Under the pieces are notes generated by a model. It had not been told where the DNA came from, made no database searches, and saw only the letters and a list, made by a program, of their open reading frames with translations. Source: an uncultured virus (IMG/VR IMGVR_UViG_3300030060_006470) (taxonomy: Duplodnaviria > Heunggongvirae > Uroviricota > Caudoviricetes). Taken from it: a stretch of DNA of 64,000 nt. The stretch is from IMG/VR virus record IMGVR_UViG_3300030060_006470. One strand, 5' to 3'. The position numbers and the translations under genes were made by a program. Positions 49,751-60,237 of the stretch are shown piece after piece (position 1 is the stretch's first letter; each line of letters begins with the position of its first letter).

Positions 49751-49908
49751 GAGAGAATGGCGAAATTGGTAAACGCAGGTGTGGTCAAAGCCTATATGGA
49801 TGGGTGTGTGAATAATGAATAGCACATTCTTAGCTCATGGTAAGAACTACCTAACTAATAACAGCTAAACGTAATTTAGTATTGCAGGTTCGAGTCCTGT
49901 TTCTCTCA
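49751..49908 (+). ncRNA. tRNA-like RNA with a very large branched insertion
   Basis: Acceptor GAGAGAA/TTCTCTC-A, D-arm GGCGAAATTGGTAAACGC, T-arm GCAGGTTCGAGTCCTGT; 158 nt. Confidence 0.7.
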
Positions 49909-50007
49909 CTAATTAACAAACATATGGTGTTTGTTTTTTTTTAAAATAAATTTGGTAGAATGAAATAAATTTCTTATATTTACATTCTAACATTAAAACA
50001 CTATAAA

Positions 50008-50298
50008 ATGGATATAGATTATTTTAGAAAAGAATTGTTTATTGGGAATATATTAAAGGATATGACCATAAAACAAATTGATGATGCAATTACAGAAGGG
50101 TTACAGTTATTAGCTTCGGCACAATATATATTAAAAAAGGGTTTATATGCGTCTGAAGGTATTAAAAAGGAAGTTATTCTTAGAGATATAAAATGTCTTG
50201 AAATTAACTTAAATACATTAACTAACGCTTTTGTTAAAAAAGAAAATTTAAAGGTATTAATTCATAATGATAGACCTATGTTTTTTCATATGAATTAA
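50008..50298 (+). CDS. Hypothetical protein
   Basis: Promoter plus ORF. Confidence 0.7.
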   Translation: MDIDYFRKELFIGNILKDMTIKQIDDAITEGLQLLASAQYILKKGLYASEGIKKEVILRDIKCLEINLNTLTNAFVKKENLKVLIHNDRPMFFHMN

Positions 50299-50305
50299 AA
50301 GTTAT

Positions 50306-50383
50306 TACGGTATTGGTGTAGGGACGGTCTCATGAGCCGTTTGGGAGATATCCCCCTGAGTGGTTCGAATCCACTAACCGTGA
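50306..50383 (+). tRNA. Atypical tRNA with CAT anticodon (Met/Ile2), no D-stem, long variable arm
   Basis: Anticodon arm ACGGT-CTCATGA-GCCGT, T-arm AGTGGTTCGAATCCACT, acceptor TACGGT/ACCGTG. Confidence 0.6.
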
Positions 50384-51452
50384 CATATTTGTTCTGTTTT
50401 ATTGGTTAGAGGGGTTCATCTTTTTAGGTGTCCCCTTTTTTTTACTATTTTATTTGTTATATTAAATAATATTTCTTATATTAGTATTATGGAGGTAAAG
50501 GTAACATATATAAACGAAGTAGGGGGAACAATAAGTGACATAGAATTATGGGTTGAGACACCATATAGTACTATATTTAGTTGTAAAACGTGGCACAAAG
50601 GATATGCTGTTGAGGGTAATACACTTTACCTTGATATGGATAGGAGATTTGTTAAAGACTTATTATATACAACTATGGTTACTGATGTGCGTAATTATTT
50701 ACTTGCTAAAAAGGTTTAAATAAAACTTGCATAATTAAATATATTATTTTATATTAGCATTATGAAAACGATAAGACAAAACATAAAGGCAGTTCAGAGA
50801 GAAACAAGAAAAGAGCAAGGGTTCTTTGATGGTAGATTTAAAAACAGAGTTGAGGTTTCTAAAAAAACTTATTCAAGAAAAAAGAAACATAAGGGTTTGC
50901 TAGATTAAATATTATTTCTTATATTAAATTAAAATGGGAAACTTAAAATTAAAAGTTCATTGGTTTAGCGAAAGACCTGATGAAAATGATGACAATGACG
51001 GAAAGCATTTTGGTATATACATATTTGATTGTTTAGAAAAAGATTATGATGAAGAGGTAGGATATGGAAGTTATGACATTTTAGAAGTCTTTTGGTTTAA
51101 CAATGAAAACCATAGAGATAGAGAGTTTAATTGCATATAAAATTATTATATAATTTGTTATATTAAATATTATTTCTTATATTAGTATTATGAAAACAGA
51201 TATTATATACCCAAGTGAGAAAAGCGTATTAAAAGATATGCAAGATAATAATATTAAAAGTGTTATTATGTATATTACAGCTTATGTCGACCACTCAAAT
51301 TATCAGCAATATGGTTATACAGTTAATAATATTAATTCGGATTATTATTTTAATCAGAAATGTATTGAAAATAAAACAAAAGAATTCTCAATATAATTTG
51401 GTGGAATGAAATAAATTTATTATCTTTAACTATAACATTAAAACACTAACAG

Positions 51453-51668
51453 ATGAAAGCAGTTGATAAAATAGATTGGGAATTATTAGATAAGCAAAGA
51501 AAAATATTAAACGATATGTTAACCGTAGATGATACGTTGAACAATAAGTTTACTGATAAAGAACTTGAACAATATGACGCACTTGTAGGTGTTGTAAATC
51601 TACTTGATGAAATGTCAGATGAAAAACATTTTTCAGATAAGGTAAAAAAAATTACTGATAAATTTTGA
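51453..51668 (+). CDS. Hypothetical protein
   Basis: Ends VKKITDKF like 39448-39690. Confidence 0.7.
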   Translation: MKAVDKIDWELLDKQRKILNDMLTVDDTLNNKFTDKELEQYDALVGVVNLLDEMSDEKHFSDKVKKITDKF

Positions 51669-51718
51669 ATAACCAAATAAATTTATTATCTTTAACTATA
51701 ACATTAAAACACTAACAG

Positions 51719-51988
51719 ATGAGAAAAGAAACTTATATTAAGAGAATGAAAGCTAACGAGGAGAGATTCGATAAGCTTTGGAGAAAAATAGTTGATGATA
51801 CTAATTCATACATTGAAAAGAACCCTGAAGACACTATGTACAGTTTACAAAACAATGTAGAGAAGTTTTCAGACCATATGTGCAAGTCTGGTGCTTGGAT
51901 ACAAGATAGAATTAATGGTAAGATGCCTAGAGATAGAGGCTCACTAACTAAGAAGATTAGAAAAGCATTAGGATATACTTATTATTAA
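51719..51988 (+). CDS. Hypothetical protein
   Basis: Promoter plus ORF. Confidence 0.7.
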   Translation: MRKETYIKRMKANEERFDKLWRKIVDDTNSYIEKNPEDTMYSLQNNVEKFSDHMCKSGAWIQDRINGKMPRDRGSLTKKIRKALGYTYY

Positions 51989-52030
51989 ATAATATTTGGT
52001 ATATTAAAAATAATTTCTTATATTAGTATT

Positions 52031-52273
52031 ATGGAAACAAAAACATTTGACAACCCGATACTAGAAAATAGATATGTTAATATCTTTGGTGAAACGATAC
52101 GTATGGTTATGGATGAAGATTATGAAATATATATTCACCATGATGATTGTACTAAGGATTTTATTAAGGTAAAAGATTTTAATTTTATTATACATGAAGC
52201 TGAAAAGATAACTATAGTTAATTTTATAGAAACTTCAACTAAGTTAGTAAAAGAGTTGTCTAATTCAAATTAA
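52031..52273 (+). CDS. Hypothetical protein
   Basis: Promoter plus ORF. Confidence 0.7.
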   Translation: METKTFDNPILENRYVNIFGETIRMVMDEDYEIYIHHDDCTKDFIKVKDFNFIIHEAEKITIVNFIETSTKLVKELSNSN

Positions 52274-52294
52274 TTTCTTATATTTAAAAATATA

Positions 52295-52386
52295 TTGTAT
52301 ATGCCTCGTTCGTGAAAGTCATGCTGAGGTCTTCGATACACTAGTAAATGTCGATATGGGTAAGGTTATAGCCCTTGCATATATAA
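52295..52386 (+). ncRNA. Putative cloverleaf-shaped small RNA
   Basis: TATATGC/GCATATA closing stem with CTCG/TGAG, TCGATA/TGTCGA and GGGT/GCCC arms; GC-richer intergenic segment. Confidence 0.45.
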
Positions 52387-54023
52387 TTAACTTGAATACT
52401 ACAGATGAAAAATACTATAAAATTAGTACAAGAGGAAATAATATTAAAAGAAGAATTATTTGAAGACTTGACTCAAGGGTGGAAAGAAGAGGAACATTTA
52501 TCTCAATCAGATGTGTATGTTTACAAAGAATTACTTGCTGAAGTTAGAACTCTAAAATGGTTCTTACATATTCTAATTAAAGAAGGAAAAGATTAAAAAA
52601 AATTACTATGGATTTGGTTATTAATATAATTTTACTTATCTTAGGACTATATATAATGAGAAACTTATTTTTAGAACTAAAACAAGAAGACGTATGAAAA
52701 AATTAGATTTATTTTTAACACTATTGGTTGGGCTTACAATGATTACAAGTGTGTTACATTACATAGAGAAAAGCTACCTATTTGTTGCTGGTAGACTTAA
52801 AAGAATTAAATAATATTTTTGTTTCTGTTTTATTGGTTAGGAGGGTGCATCTTTTAGGTGCATCTTTTTTTTGTTTTAATTTGGTAGTTTAAATATAATT
52901 CCTTATATTAGTATTCTAAACAGAAAAATATAAGAGATGGTAAAAGATTTAGAGTATTATAGATTGAATTGCGAAGAAAACTATTTACATACACCAATAA
53001 GTGTATTGAGATATATTAAAGAATTGGAAAAGAATAATGAGAAAGTAAAAAGTGTAGTTTCTGAATTAAGAGATATTGCGTGGGATAATGCTACTGACAA
53101 CTTTACCTATACAAGAATAAATGATTTATTAGAAGATGTTTAGTTAATTATAACGGTATAAGTAAATACCGTTTTAATGGAATTTAATTAATGTTATACA
53201 CTTTAAAATTAATATAAATGGAAAAGACAATTAATGATTTAATAAAAGATTTGCAGGCACTAAAGCCAGAGTTAAGAGAATTACCCGTAAAAATAAAAGC
53301 TGAAAATGGTTTGTTGTTTGAACCTAAAGCAAAGGTTTTAGTAAATGAGAACCAAACGTTTATACATGAAGCTGAACAAATGATAATAACTTACGATTAA
53401 TTTTATTGTTTATAACGTTGAGTATAAATGCCGTTGCGATATACGGCACTAAATTAAAAAGATATGAGTAAAGAAAGCAATGGAATTTATACAGTGTTAC
53501 CTACCGTTTATCCTTTGATTGATAATAAACGATGGTACGCTGAGAATGGAACAGTTTATAATGAAGCGGATGAAGACTTTAGAATCTTAATGGTTTGCGG
53601 AGAAAATAGTGAAATGAACTTACCTAATGATGTAGCAGAAAAAATAGCTGAATATCTAAATGGTAGGTAACAACTATGTAATGACACCTTTGCAGAGTCC
53701 ATATAAACTGTAAATCAATTAATTAAACTGTTATTTAATTTGTTATATTAAATATTATTCCTTATATTAGTATTATGAAAAGATATTACGAGCAATGGAT
53801 GGGTGGGAAGATTAAATATACAGTTAATTTCCACGATGGTGTGCAAACACATAAGGATGGTTCACCGTTCTATGGTGTAGCCGTATTTAAAAACAAAAGA
53901 AAAAAGAATGACTTCGTTAAGAGGTTAGTTAGTGAGGGTTATACCATAAGACCTAACTATTAATACTGTAATGAGCTACGTATTTAATTTGTTATATTAA
54001 ATAATATTTACTATATTAGCGTT

Positions 54024-54290
54024 ATGGAATTATTTATAGATATTAAAGATAAGGTACACAATTCAAGTGGTATAGAAAAACCTCAAAATTATTATTGGGG
54101 TAAAGATGTTACTACTAATGGTATGTATTATCTTATAAGACTTATTGATGAAGATGAAATTCATGAAGAAATAAGAGAGTTCTTATATGCTAATGATAAT
54201 CTACCTAATATTAGTCTGGATGAAATACCTTTGGATACATTTACAACTGAACAATTAGAACGTAGAGATTTTTTTATGAGTATGTTTTAA
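54024..54290 (+). CDS. Hypothetical protein
   Basis: Promoter plus ORF. Confidence 0.7.
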   Translation: MELFIDIKDKVHNSSGIEKPQNYYWGKDVTTNGMYYLIRLIDEDEIHEEIREFLYANDNLPNISLDEIPLDTFTTEQLERRDFFMSMF

Positions 54291-54864
54291 TTTGTTAATA
54301 AAACGTGAATTATGATAAAAATTGGTGAAAAAGTTAAAATGTCAGATGACCTAAAAGAAGGTTTGGTTAAAAACGGTTGTATAGACCACGTTAAAGAATT
54401 TGGGAATTGTGAAGGTATGGTTGAATCATGGGTTTATCCAAATACAGATATAAAAGAAGTGAATGTTAGGTGGAAACCCTCAAATCTAAGGTACGCATAT
54501 GATATTGATATGTTGACCAATGTTTTATAATGCTACAACTAAACACAGTTATAAATATTATTTCTTATAATATTGTAATGAGTTAGGTCATCTCACAAGG
54601 TGGTAAATCTCGGATATTACGTGGCGTCTGAGTGCCTAACCCATTATTAAATAATAGACACATTTGTGTATATTGAAAAAGGGAGAGCGGATAAACCACT
54701 TTCCCTTTTTTAGTTTAAACCAATAAAACTAATCTTATCCAATTAATATCATAACTTGTTGTCCAGTCCAGATTATATTATCTAACTTGCTAGACTTATG
54801 CGAATGTAATAATAATTTACCACTAACCCAAATTATACCACAAAATAATATCTTATTCATCTTT

Positions 54865-55098
54865 TTAAATTATAGGTGTTATTGTTTCAATAGTAACTGT
54901 CTTCAAGTCTTCATCACCACTTATACACATACCATCAATATGATTACTAACACTACAAGAGTGTTGCTCATTTAGACAGAATATGTTTGTATCTGAAAAC
55001 ATAACTTGTTCTTGTACCCACTCAAAAATATCATCAAATGATGCTTTTTCACTAAAGAAAAGTGTTGTGGAATTTCCGTTTATAAATATCTGTTTCAT
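54865..55098 (-). CDS. Hypothetical protein
   Basis: Minus-strand promoter motif at about 55100-55135. Confidence 0.7.
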   Translation of the reverse strand: MKQIFINGNSTTLFFSEKASFDDIFEWVQEQVMFSDTNIFCLNEQHSCSVSNHIDGMCISGDEDLKTVTIETITPII

Positions 55099-55225
55099 AA
55101 TGCTAATATAAGAATTAATATTCGATTTACCAAATATTAAATAAAATAAAAATATATTAAATAATATTAGGAATATCTAAATAAGTTTATTATCTTAGTA
55201 CTCTAACCAATTAAAACAAATAACA

Positions 55226-55519
55226 ATGAGATTAATTACAAAAAAATCAGTTGAAGCTTTTAATAACGCTAAAGCATTTAAGAATTCTAATACAGAAATT
55301 GAGGTATTTCCAAACGTAACTGTAATGAAGTTATTCGGTAACGAAATAGCATATAGATATAACGACCCTAAGAGAACGCTAAGTATAACGAATTGTGGTT
55401 GGAAGAGTAATACGACAAAGGAAAGATTAAACGCTATTAGTGGTGTTAATATACAACAAAAAAAGGGTGTTTGGTATTTGAACGGTAAAGAATGGAACGG
55501 TAACTTAATTGATGTTTGA
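55226..55519 (+). CDS. Conserved phage hypothetical protein
   Basis: LFGNEIA...GWKSNTTKERLNA. Confidence 0.8.
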   Translation: MRLITKKSVEAFNNAKAFKNSNTEIEVFPNVTVMKLFGNEIAYRYNDPKRTLSITNCGWKSNTTKERLNAISGVNIQQKKGVWYLNGKEWNGNLIDV

Positions 55520-55642
55520 AAATAAGGTTTAAAGTTAGATTAAAAGGGTAGTTTAAAAGCTATCCTTTTTTTATTAAATAATATTAGGAATATCCAAATA
55601 AGTTTTTTATCTTAGTACTCTAATCATTAAAACAAATAACCA

Positions 55643-55900
55643 ATGCAAAACGAAAAACTTACATTCTTGAAGTCTGACGCTATTGATATAGTAACTAAGA
55701 ATTACGAATACTTCTCTAGTATGATTATGTGTTCTGTTATGGGTAAAATAAACCTAGATGAAGCAGGTATTAAATTGTCAGAACTACAAGAATATACAAA
55801 ATTATTAAGTGAACAATTAACACTAATTTATGAGATTGATAACCCTATAATGGAAATACCTAAACATTTATTTGATAGGGTAAAAGAATTAAAGTTATAA
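55643..55900 (+). CDS. Hypothetical protein
   Basis: Promoter, ORF, terminator. Confidence 0.7.
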   Translation: MQNEKLTFLKSDAIDIVTKNYEYFSSMIMCSVMGKINLDEAGIKLSELQEYTKLLSEQLTLIYEIDNPIMEIPKHLFDRVKELKL

Positions 55901-56235
55901 CACCCAACACAATTAAATTAAAGGTAGTCCAATCGGCTACCTTTTTTTATGACCAGGAATTAATTATAAGACCATTTTAAAGCCATTTAAGACACTATTA
56001 TAATTAAATGGATATAGATTACCACTTAATTAATAAACCACCTTAAAACCTATTAATTAATTAAATAAAAAAATATTACTTTTTATTTGCATATGTCAAA
56101 TATTCTTATATATTTTATTATATAGGGAAATTGACATTTAAAATTATCTTGACCAGGGAAAAATTTTTAAAAATAAAGCTTGTGGGGACAAAATAAAATT
56201 ACTATATTAGTGGTCTAACTTTTAAAGTTTGAATT

Positions 56236-56442
56236 ATGAGAGGAATTTATTACAATGAACTTAACGGGAACACTTACTTAGTTCTTAACGTGGAAAACAA
56301 TGTTGTTCATGTTAATAGTGTAGTGGTTAGCAGAATAGGTACTATGCTAAAAGTATTGGACGGTGTCAGAGGTATACCTTTAGATGTTTTTGAAAAGTTT
56401 AAACATAGTGGAAACTATACTAAGGAAGACATAAATGATTAG
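56236..56442 (+). CDS. Hypothetical protein
   Basis: Promoter, ORF, terminator. Confidence 0.7.
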   Translation: MRGIYYNELNGNTYLVLNVENNVVHVNSVVVSRIGTMLKVLDGVRGIPLDVFEKFKHSGNYTKEDIND

Positions 56443-56732
56443 TCTTCTTTAAACTCTAATTAAAGGATAGTTAATAGCTATCCTTTTTTTATGCTCAGTA
56501 ATTAAATCTAAGGTTATTTTTAAGCCACCTATAAAACCTTTATAATTAAATGGACATAGATTATAGTATCATAACTGAACTTGCCTTAAAACAGCTTTAA
56601 ATATTAATTTAAATAAATATTAATTATTATTTGCATATGTCAAAATTTTTTTTATATTTTATATATAGGGAAATTTCAGATATAAAAAAAGGGAGCAACT
56701 GCCCCCATAACCAATAAACCAAATTAATACCT

Positions 56733-56987
56733 TTACTCCTCATTTAAATCCCCCCATAACATCTTACATAATATGTCTGAATCATTTTCAACATCTTTAA
56801 TTCTTTGCTTAATCTTTTTTCTTAACTCAAGAGTTTCCTCATCAGTATCACAACCAAGCCAAGCGTCATCAAGTTCAGACTCGTGAGCATCTTTCAATCC
56901 CCATAAATCTTTAATAGTGTCCTCAACTAAAACCTTATTGTTGAAATCGAACTTGTCCATGTTTGTTAATATTCTAAATCCATTCAT
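56733..56987 (-). CDS. Hypothetical protein
   Basis: Minus-strand TCTAACTTT leader and terminator. Confidence 0.7.
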   Translation of the reverse strand: MNGFRILTNMDKFDFNNKVLVEDTIKDLWGLKDAHESELDDAWLGCDTDEETLELRKKIKQRIKDVENDSDILCKMLWGDLNEE

Positions 56988-57090
56988 AATGTTACTGTTT
57001 TAAAGTTAGATTACTAAGTTAATAAATTTATTTCATTCAACAAAATTTAATATACACATTTGTGTATATATGTGTGAGGGGAAAGAAGGA

Positions 57091-57261
57091 CTAAATAAGT
57101 CCCTCTTCCTCCAATGCTCTCAATTCAAAACCTCTAACATATAATCTGTTAGCCTTATCGAATTCTTTCTTAGCTAGAGCCTTTTGCCCCTTTTCATAAA
57201 GTTTCCAACCTTTGTCAAGAGCCTTTAATCCTAATTTTTCGTACTTGTTGTCCTTAGCCAT
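57091..57261 (-). CDS. Small hypothetical protein (56 aa)
   Basis: MAKDNKYEKLGLKALDKGW...; minus-strand promoter and TCTAACTTT leader. Confidence 0.65.
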   Translation of the reverse strand: MAKDNKYEKLGLKALDKGWKLYEKGQKALAKKEFDKANRLYVRGFELRALEEEGLI

Positions 57262-57700
57262 ATTATTACCGTTTTAAAGTTAGAATGTAAATATAGTAAA
57301 TTAACATCATACCACCAAATTTATTTTACTGTCACTTATTAACATTTAATTGTTAATAAAGAAATCTTCTAATTTATTTTGATATGTCAAATATTCTTCT
57401 ATATTTTTATTATATAGGGAAATGTAGTTTTTTATTATTTAAAGGTCAAAAAAATAATTAATAAATAAGTAAAAATAAATGTTAAAAAATTAGGAAAATC
57501 CAAAAATCCACTGAAGCCCCTTTTTAGCCCTTTTAAGGCACTTTTACCCTTTTTAGGTATCAGTATATCACTTTTTAGAGAACTTAAAAAACCTCTGTAA
57601 CTTACTGTAAATCAGTAACTTATAAATTAGTTTAAAAATAAATTTGGATTGTATGCTACTATTCACTATATTAGCAGTCTAACTTTTAAAACTTATAAAA

Positions 57701-58297
57701 ATGGCAAATTTTATTATTACAACTACTGACGAATTGGCAACTTTTATTACTAACGAGGGAATTAAGGCTACTAAATTTAGTGCTATTTACTTTACAGAAG
57801 AAAGTAAAAGTAGAACAAAAAATAAGGTTAAAACCGTTAACAAACTTGTTAAAACTGAAATGAGGTTGGCAGAAAGTTACCAAAACAAAATTGAAAACAG
57901 AATTAACGAGGATTACAAGCCCGATAGCCCTAGAGGTTTAGAGTATGTTAGCCCTTTCTTTTTTAGAGGTATTAAGGCAGGCGATTTGAGGTTGAACGCT
58001 TATTCTAGTGGTTACATACCAACAACTAAATATTACCATAGTGGTACTGTTAAAACTATTGAGGAATTAAAAGGTTTAGATTTATTAAGCCCTTCATTTT
58101 TTACTAAAAAAGAAACTGTTGGGAAAGGTAAAGTTAGCGAAGAAGATGATTTCTTTGTTACTAGACTAAGGTTAAACAGAGTTATTATGTTTACTTACAA
58201 AAAGAAAACTTTTGTTAATGTTGAGGGGTTGAAAAATTACCTTGAAAATGTTGAGGAGGTTAACGAGAGTATTAAGCCTTACGTTGAAATGATTTAA
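57701..58297 (+). CDS. Hypothetical protein
   Basis: 198 aa; promoter and terminator. Confidence 0.8.
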   Translation: MANFIITTTDELATFITNEGIKATKFSAIYFTEESKSRTKNKVKTVNKLVKTEMRLAESYQNKIENRINEDYKPDSPRGLEYVSPFFFRGIKAGDLRLNAYSSGYIPTTKYYHSGTVKTIEELKGLDLLSPSFFTKKETVGKGKVSEEDDFFVTRLRLNRVIMFTYKKKTFVNVEGLKNYLENVEEVNESIKPYVEMI

Positions 58298-58624
58298 TAG
58301 GGTTAATAAGATAAATTAAAGGGTAGTTTAAAAGCTACCCTTTTTTTATACCCTAACATTAAATCTAAGGCTATTTTTAAGCTATCTAATGAACTATAAT
58401 ATTTATATGGATATAGATTATATTATCATAATAAAAAATCGCTTAAAACAGCCTTAAATGATATTTTAATTAAATATTAAATAAAGTTTGCATATGTCAA
58501 ATATTCTATTATATTTTAATATATAGGGGAAATTTGAAATTAAATTAAATATTGTTTTGTATAACTCAAGTATTTTTTTATATTTGTGGTCTAACCAATA
58601 TTTTTTAACTTAAATTTTTTTATT

Positions 58625-59074
58625 ATGGACAACAGAAACATAGAAGTAAAATTAGCAAATTCTTTTCATTATGAAATTGAAAACTTGTCTTTAGATGCTC
58701 AAAAATTAATTAGAACTCAAGAAAGTGGTAAGTACGATACTTTTTCTTTTGTTAATGCACCCGCAAAGGTTAATTGGTGTGGCACTTGTAACGGTACAGG
58801 TAAAAGAAGTATTTATGATGTGCAAGGTTATGATATTGACAGAATGATGAATACAGGAGATTACGAGGCAGATATGGAATTTAGAGAAGATTATTTTGGT
58901 GGTAAAACTGATACTTGTTGTGATGTTTGTGAAGGTACAAAAATTCAAAATGAAGTAGATTACGATTCATTGAATGAATTACAAAATGAAATTTTTGAAG
59001 CTAATTGGAAATGTTATAGGGAAGAAGCGCAAGACAGAGCAGAAGAAGAAGCAGAGAGAAGAGCAGGTTGTTAA
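58625..59074 (+). CDS. Zn-finger (CxxCxGxG) hypothetical protein
   Basis: CGTCNGTG and CDVCEGTK. Confidence 0.8.
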   Translation: MDNRNIEVKLANSFHYEIENLSLDAQKLIRTQESGKYDTFSFVNAPAKVNWCGTCNGTGKRSIYDVQGYDIDRMMNTGDYEADMEFREDYFGGKTDTCCDVCEGTKIQNEVDYDSLNELQNEIFEANWKCYREEAQDRAEEEAERRAGC

Positions 59075-59449
59075 TTTGCTCTTATAGTTTATAAATTTAA
59101 AGGTAGTCTAATAGGCTACCTTTTTTTATGTCTAATAATTAAATCTAAGACTATTTTTAAGCTATCTAATAGAATATAATACTTAAATGGATATAGATTA
59201 CCACTTAATTAATAAAACACTCTTAAAACAGTCTTAAATGATATTTTAAATAAATATTAAATAAAGTTTGCATATGTCAAATATTCTGTTATATTTTATT
59301 ATATAGGTAAAATAAAAAAAATCACTTTTTATTTGGTAGTGTTAAATATTTTTCTATATTCTATTATATAGGGCAAATTAAATTAAATATTGTTTTGTAT
59401 AAGTCAATTATTTTTTTATCTTTGTAGTCTAACTTTTAATTTTATTTTT

Positions 59450-59794
59450 ATGAAAACTGTTTATTCTGAAATTTTTGAAAACGAAACTGAAATGGTAATT
59501 GAGTTAAAAACTGCACTTTATAATAGATTAGGAGATTCAAGTCTTTTGACTGATGGAATTTATTATTCTATTGCTGAAGCTATTGGAGAATGGGAACGTG
59601 ATTGTTTAAAGGATTTTAAAGAGGTTTCCAATGAGAAGTATATAGGTTGGGAAGTTAGGGTTTCGGGAAATTACGATAACATTGAGAGAGTTGTAAAACC
59701 GTATTTACCAAGTTGGATTATGGACGCTAAAGTTAAAAATTACAAGCACGCTAAAAACCTATTTAATAAATATTTAAGGTTTGCTGAGATTTGA
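59450..59794 (+). CDS. Hypothetical protein
   Basis: Start MKTVYS after the promoter; terminator follows. Confidence 0.75.
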   Translation: MKTVYSEIFENETEMVIELKTALYNRLGDSSLLTDGIYYSIAEAIGEWERDCLKDFKEVSNEKYIGWEVRVSGNYDNIERVVKPYLPSWIMDAKVKNYKHAKNLFNKYLRFAEI

Positions 59795-60016
59795 TAATTT
59801 TATAGCTTATAAATTTAAAGGTAGTCTAATAGGCTACCTTTTTTTATGTCCAAAAAATAAATATTAAATATTATTTGCATATGTCAAATATTCTGTTATA
59901 TTTTATTATATAGCAGAAATTGAAATAAATAATATGTAGAATAGTTGCATCGTATTATAAGCCATTCTAAGAGCCTTTTATTTCTTAGATAGGTAAATAT
60001 ACCACTATGACCCTAC

Positions 60017-60082
60017 GGAGGGGGGAGGGGGTCTTATACCCCCCATAGACCCCCCCCTGTAAGCCCCCTTATAGTACCCCCC
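60017..60082. other. G-run/C-run element (potential G-quadruplex on the minus strand)
   Basis: G6 and G5 runs then C6, C8, C5 and C6 runs in a very AT-rich genome. Confidence 0.6.
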
Positions 60083-60237
60083 GTACCGTGTCGTATATGG
60101 CCAGTTGATGCTGTAAACAAAAATTTTCTGGTAATTTTTTTGGTAAAAAGGTAAGTCATATATATTAACCCTATTTATAAAAAATATTTTTTGGAAAATT
60201 TTTGACTTATTTTTTAGAGTTTATATTTATATGATAT

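Larger units (their letters stand above)
25190..59900 (+). promoter_or_regulatory. Dense array of Bacteroidota-type promoters, roughly one per gene
   Basis: TTTG/TTAG-N~20-TATATT(TA/GC/AG) followed by a CATTAAAAC or GTCTAACTTTTAA leader before most ATGs; several dozen copies by eye. Confidence 0.85.
55543..59915 (+). repeat. Repeated intergenic module: GGTAG..GCTACC terminator, AT-rich ~200-bp unit, then TTTGCATATGTCAAA...TATATAGGG
   Basis: Copies after stops at 55900, 56442, 58297, 59074; partial copies after 55519 and 59794 and near 57380. Confidence 0.8.
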
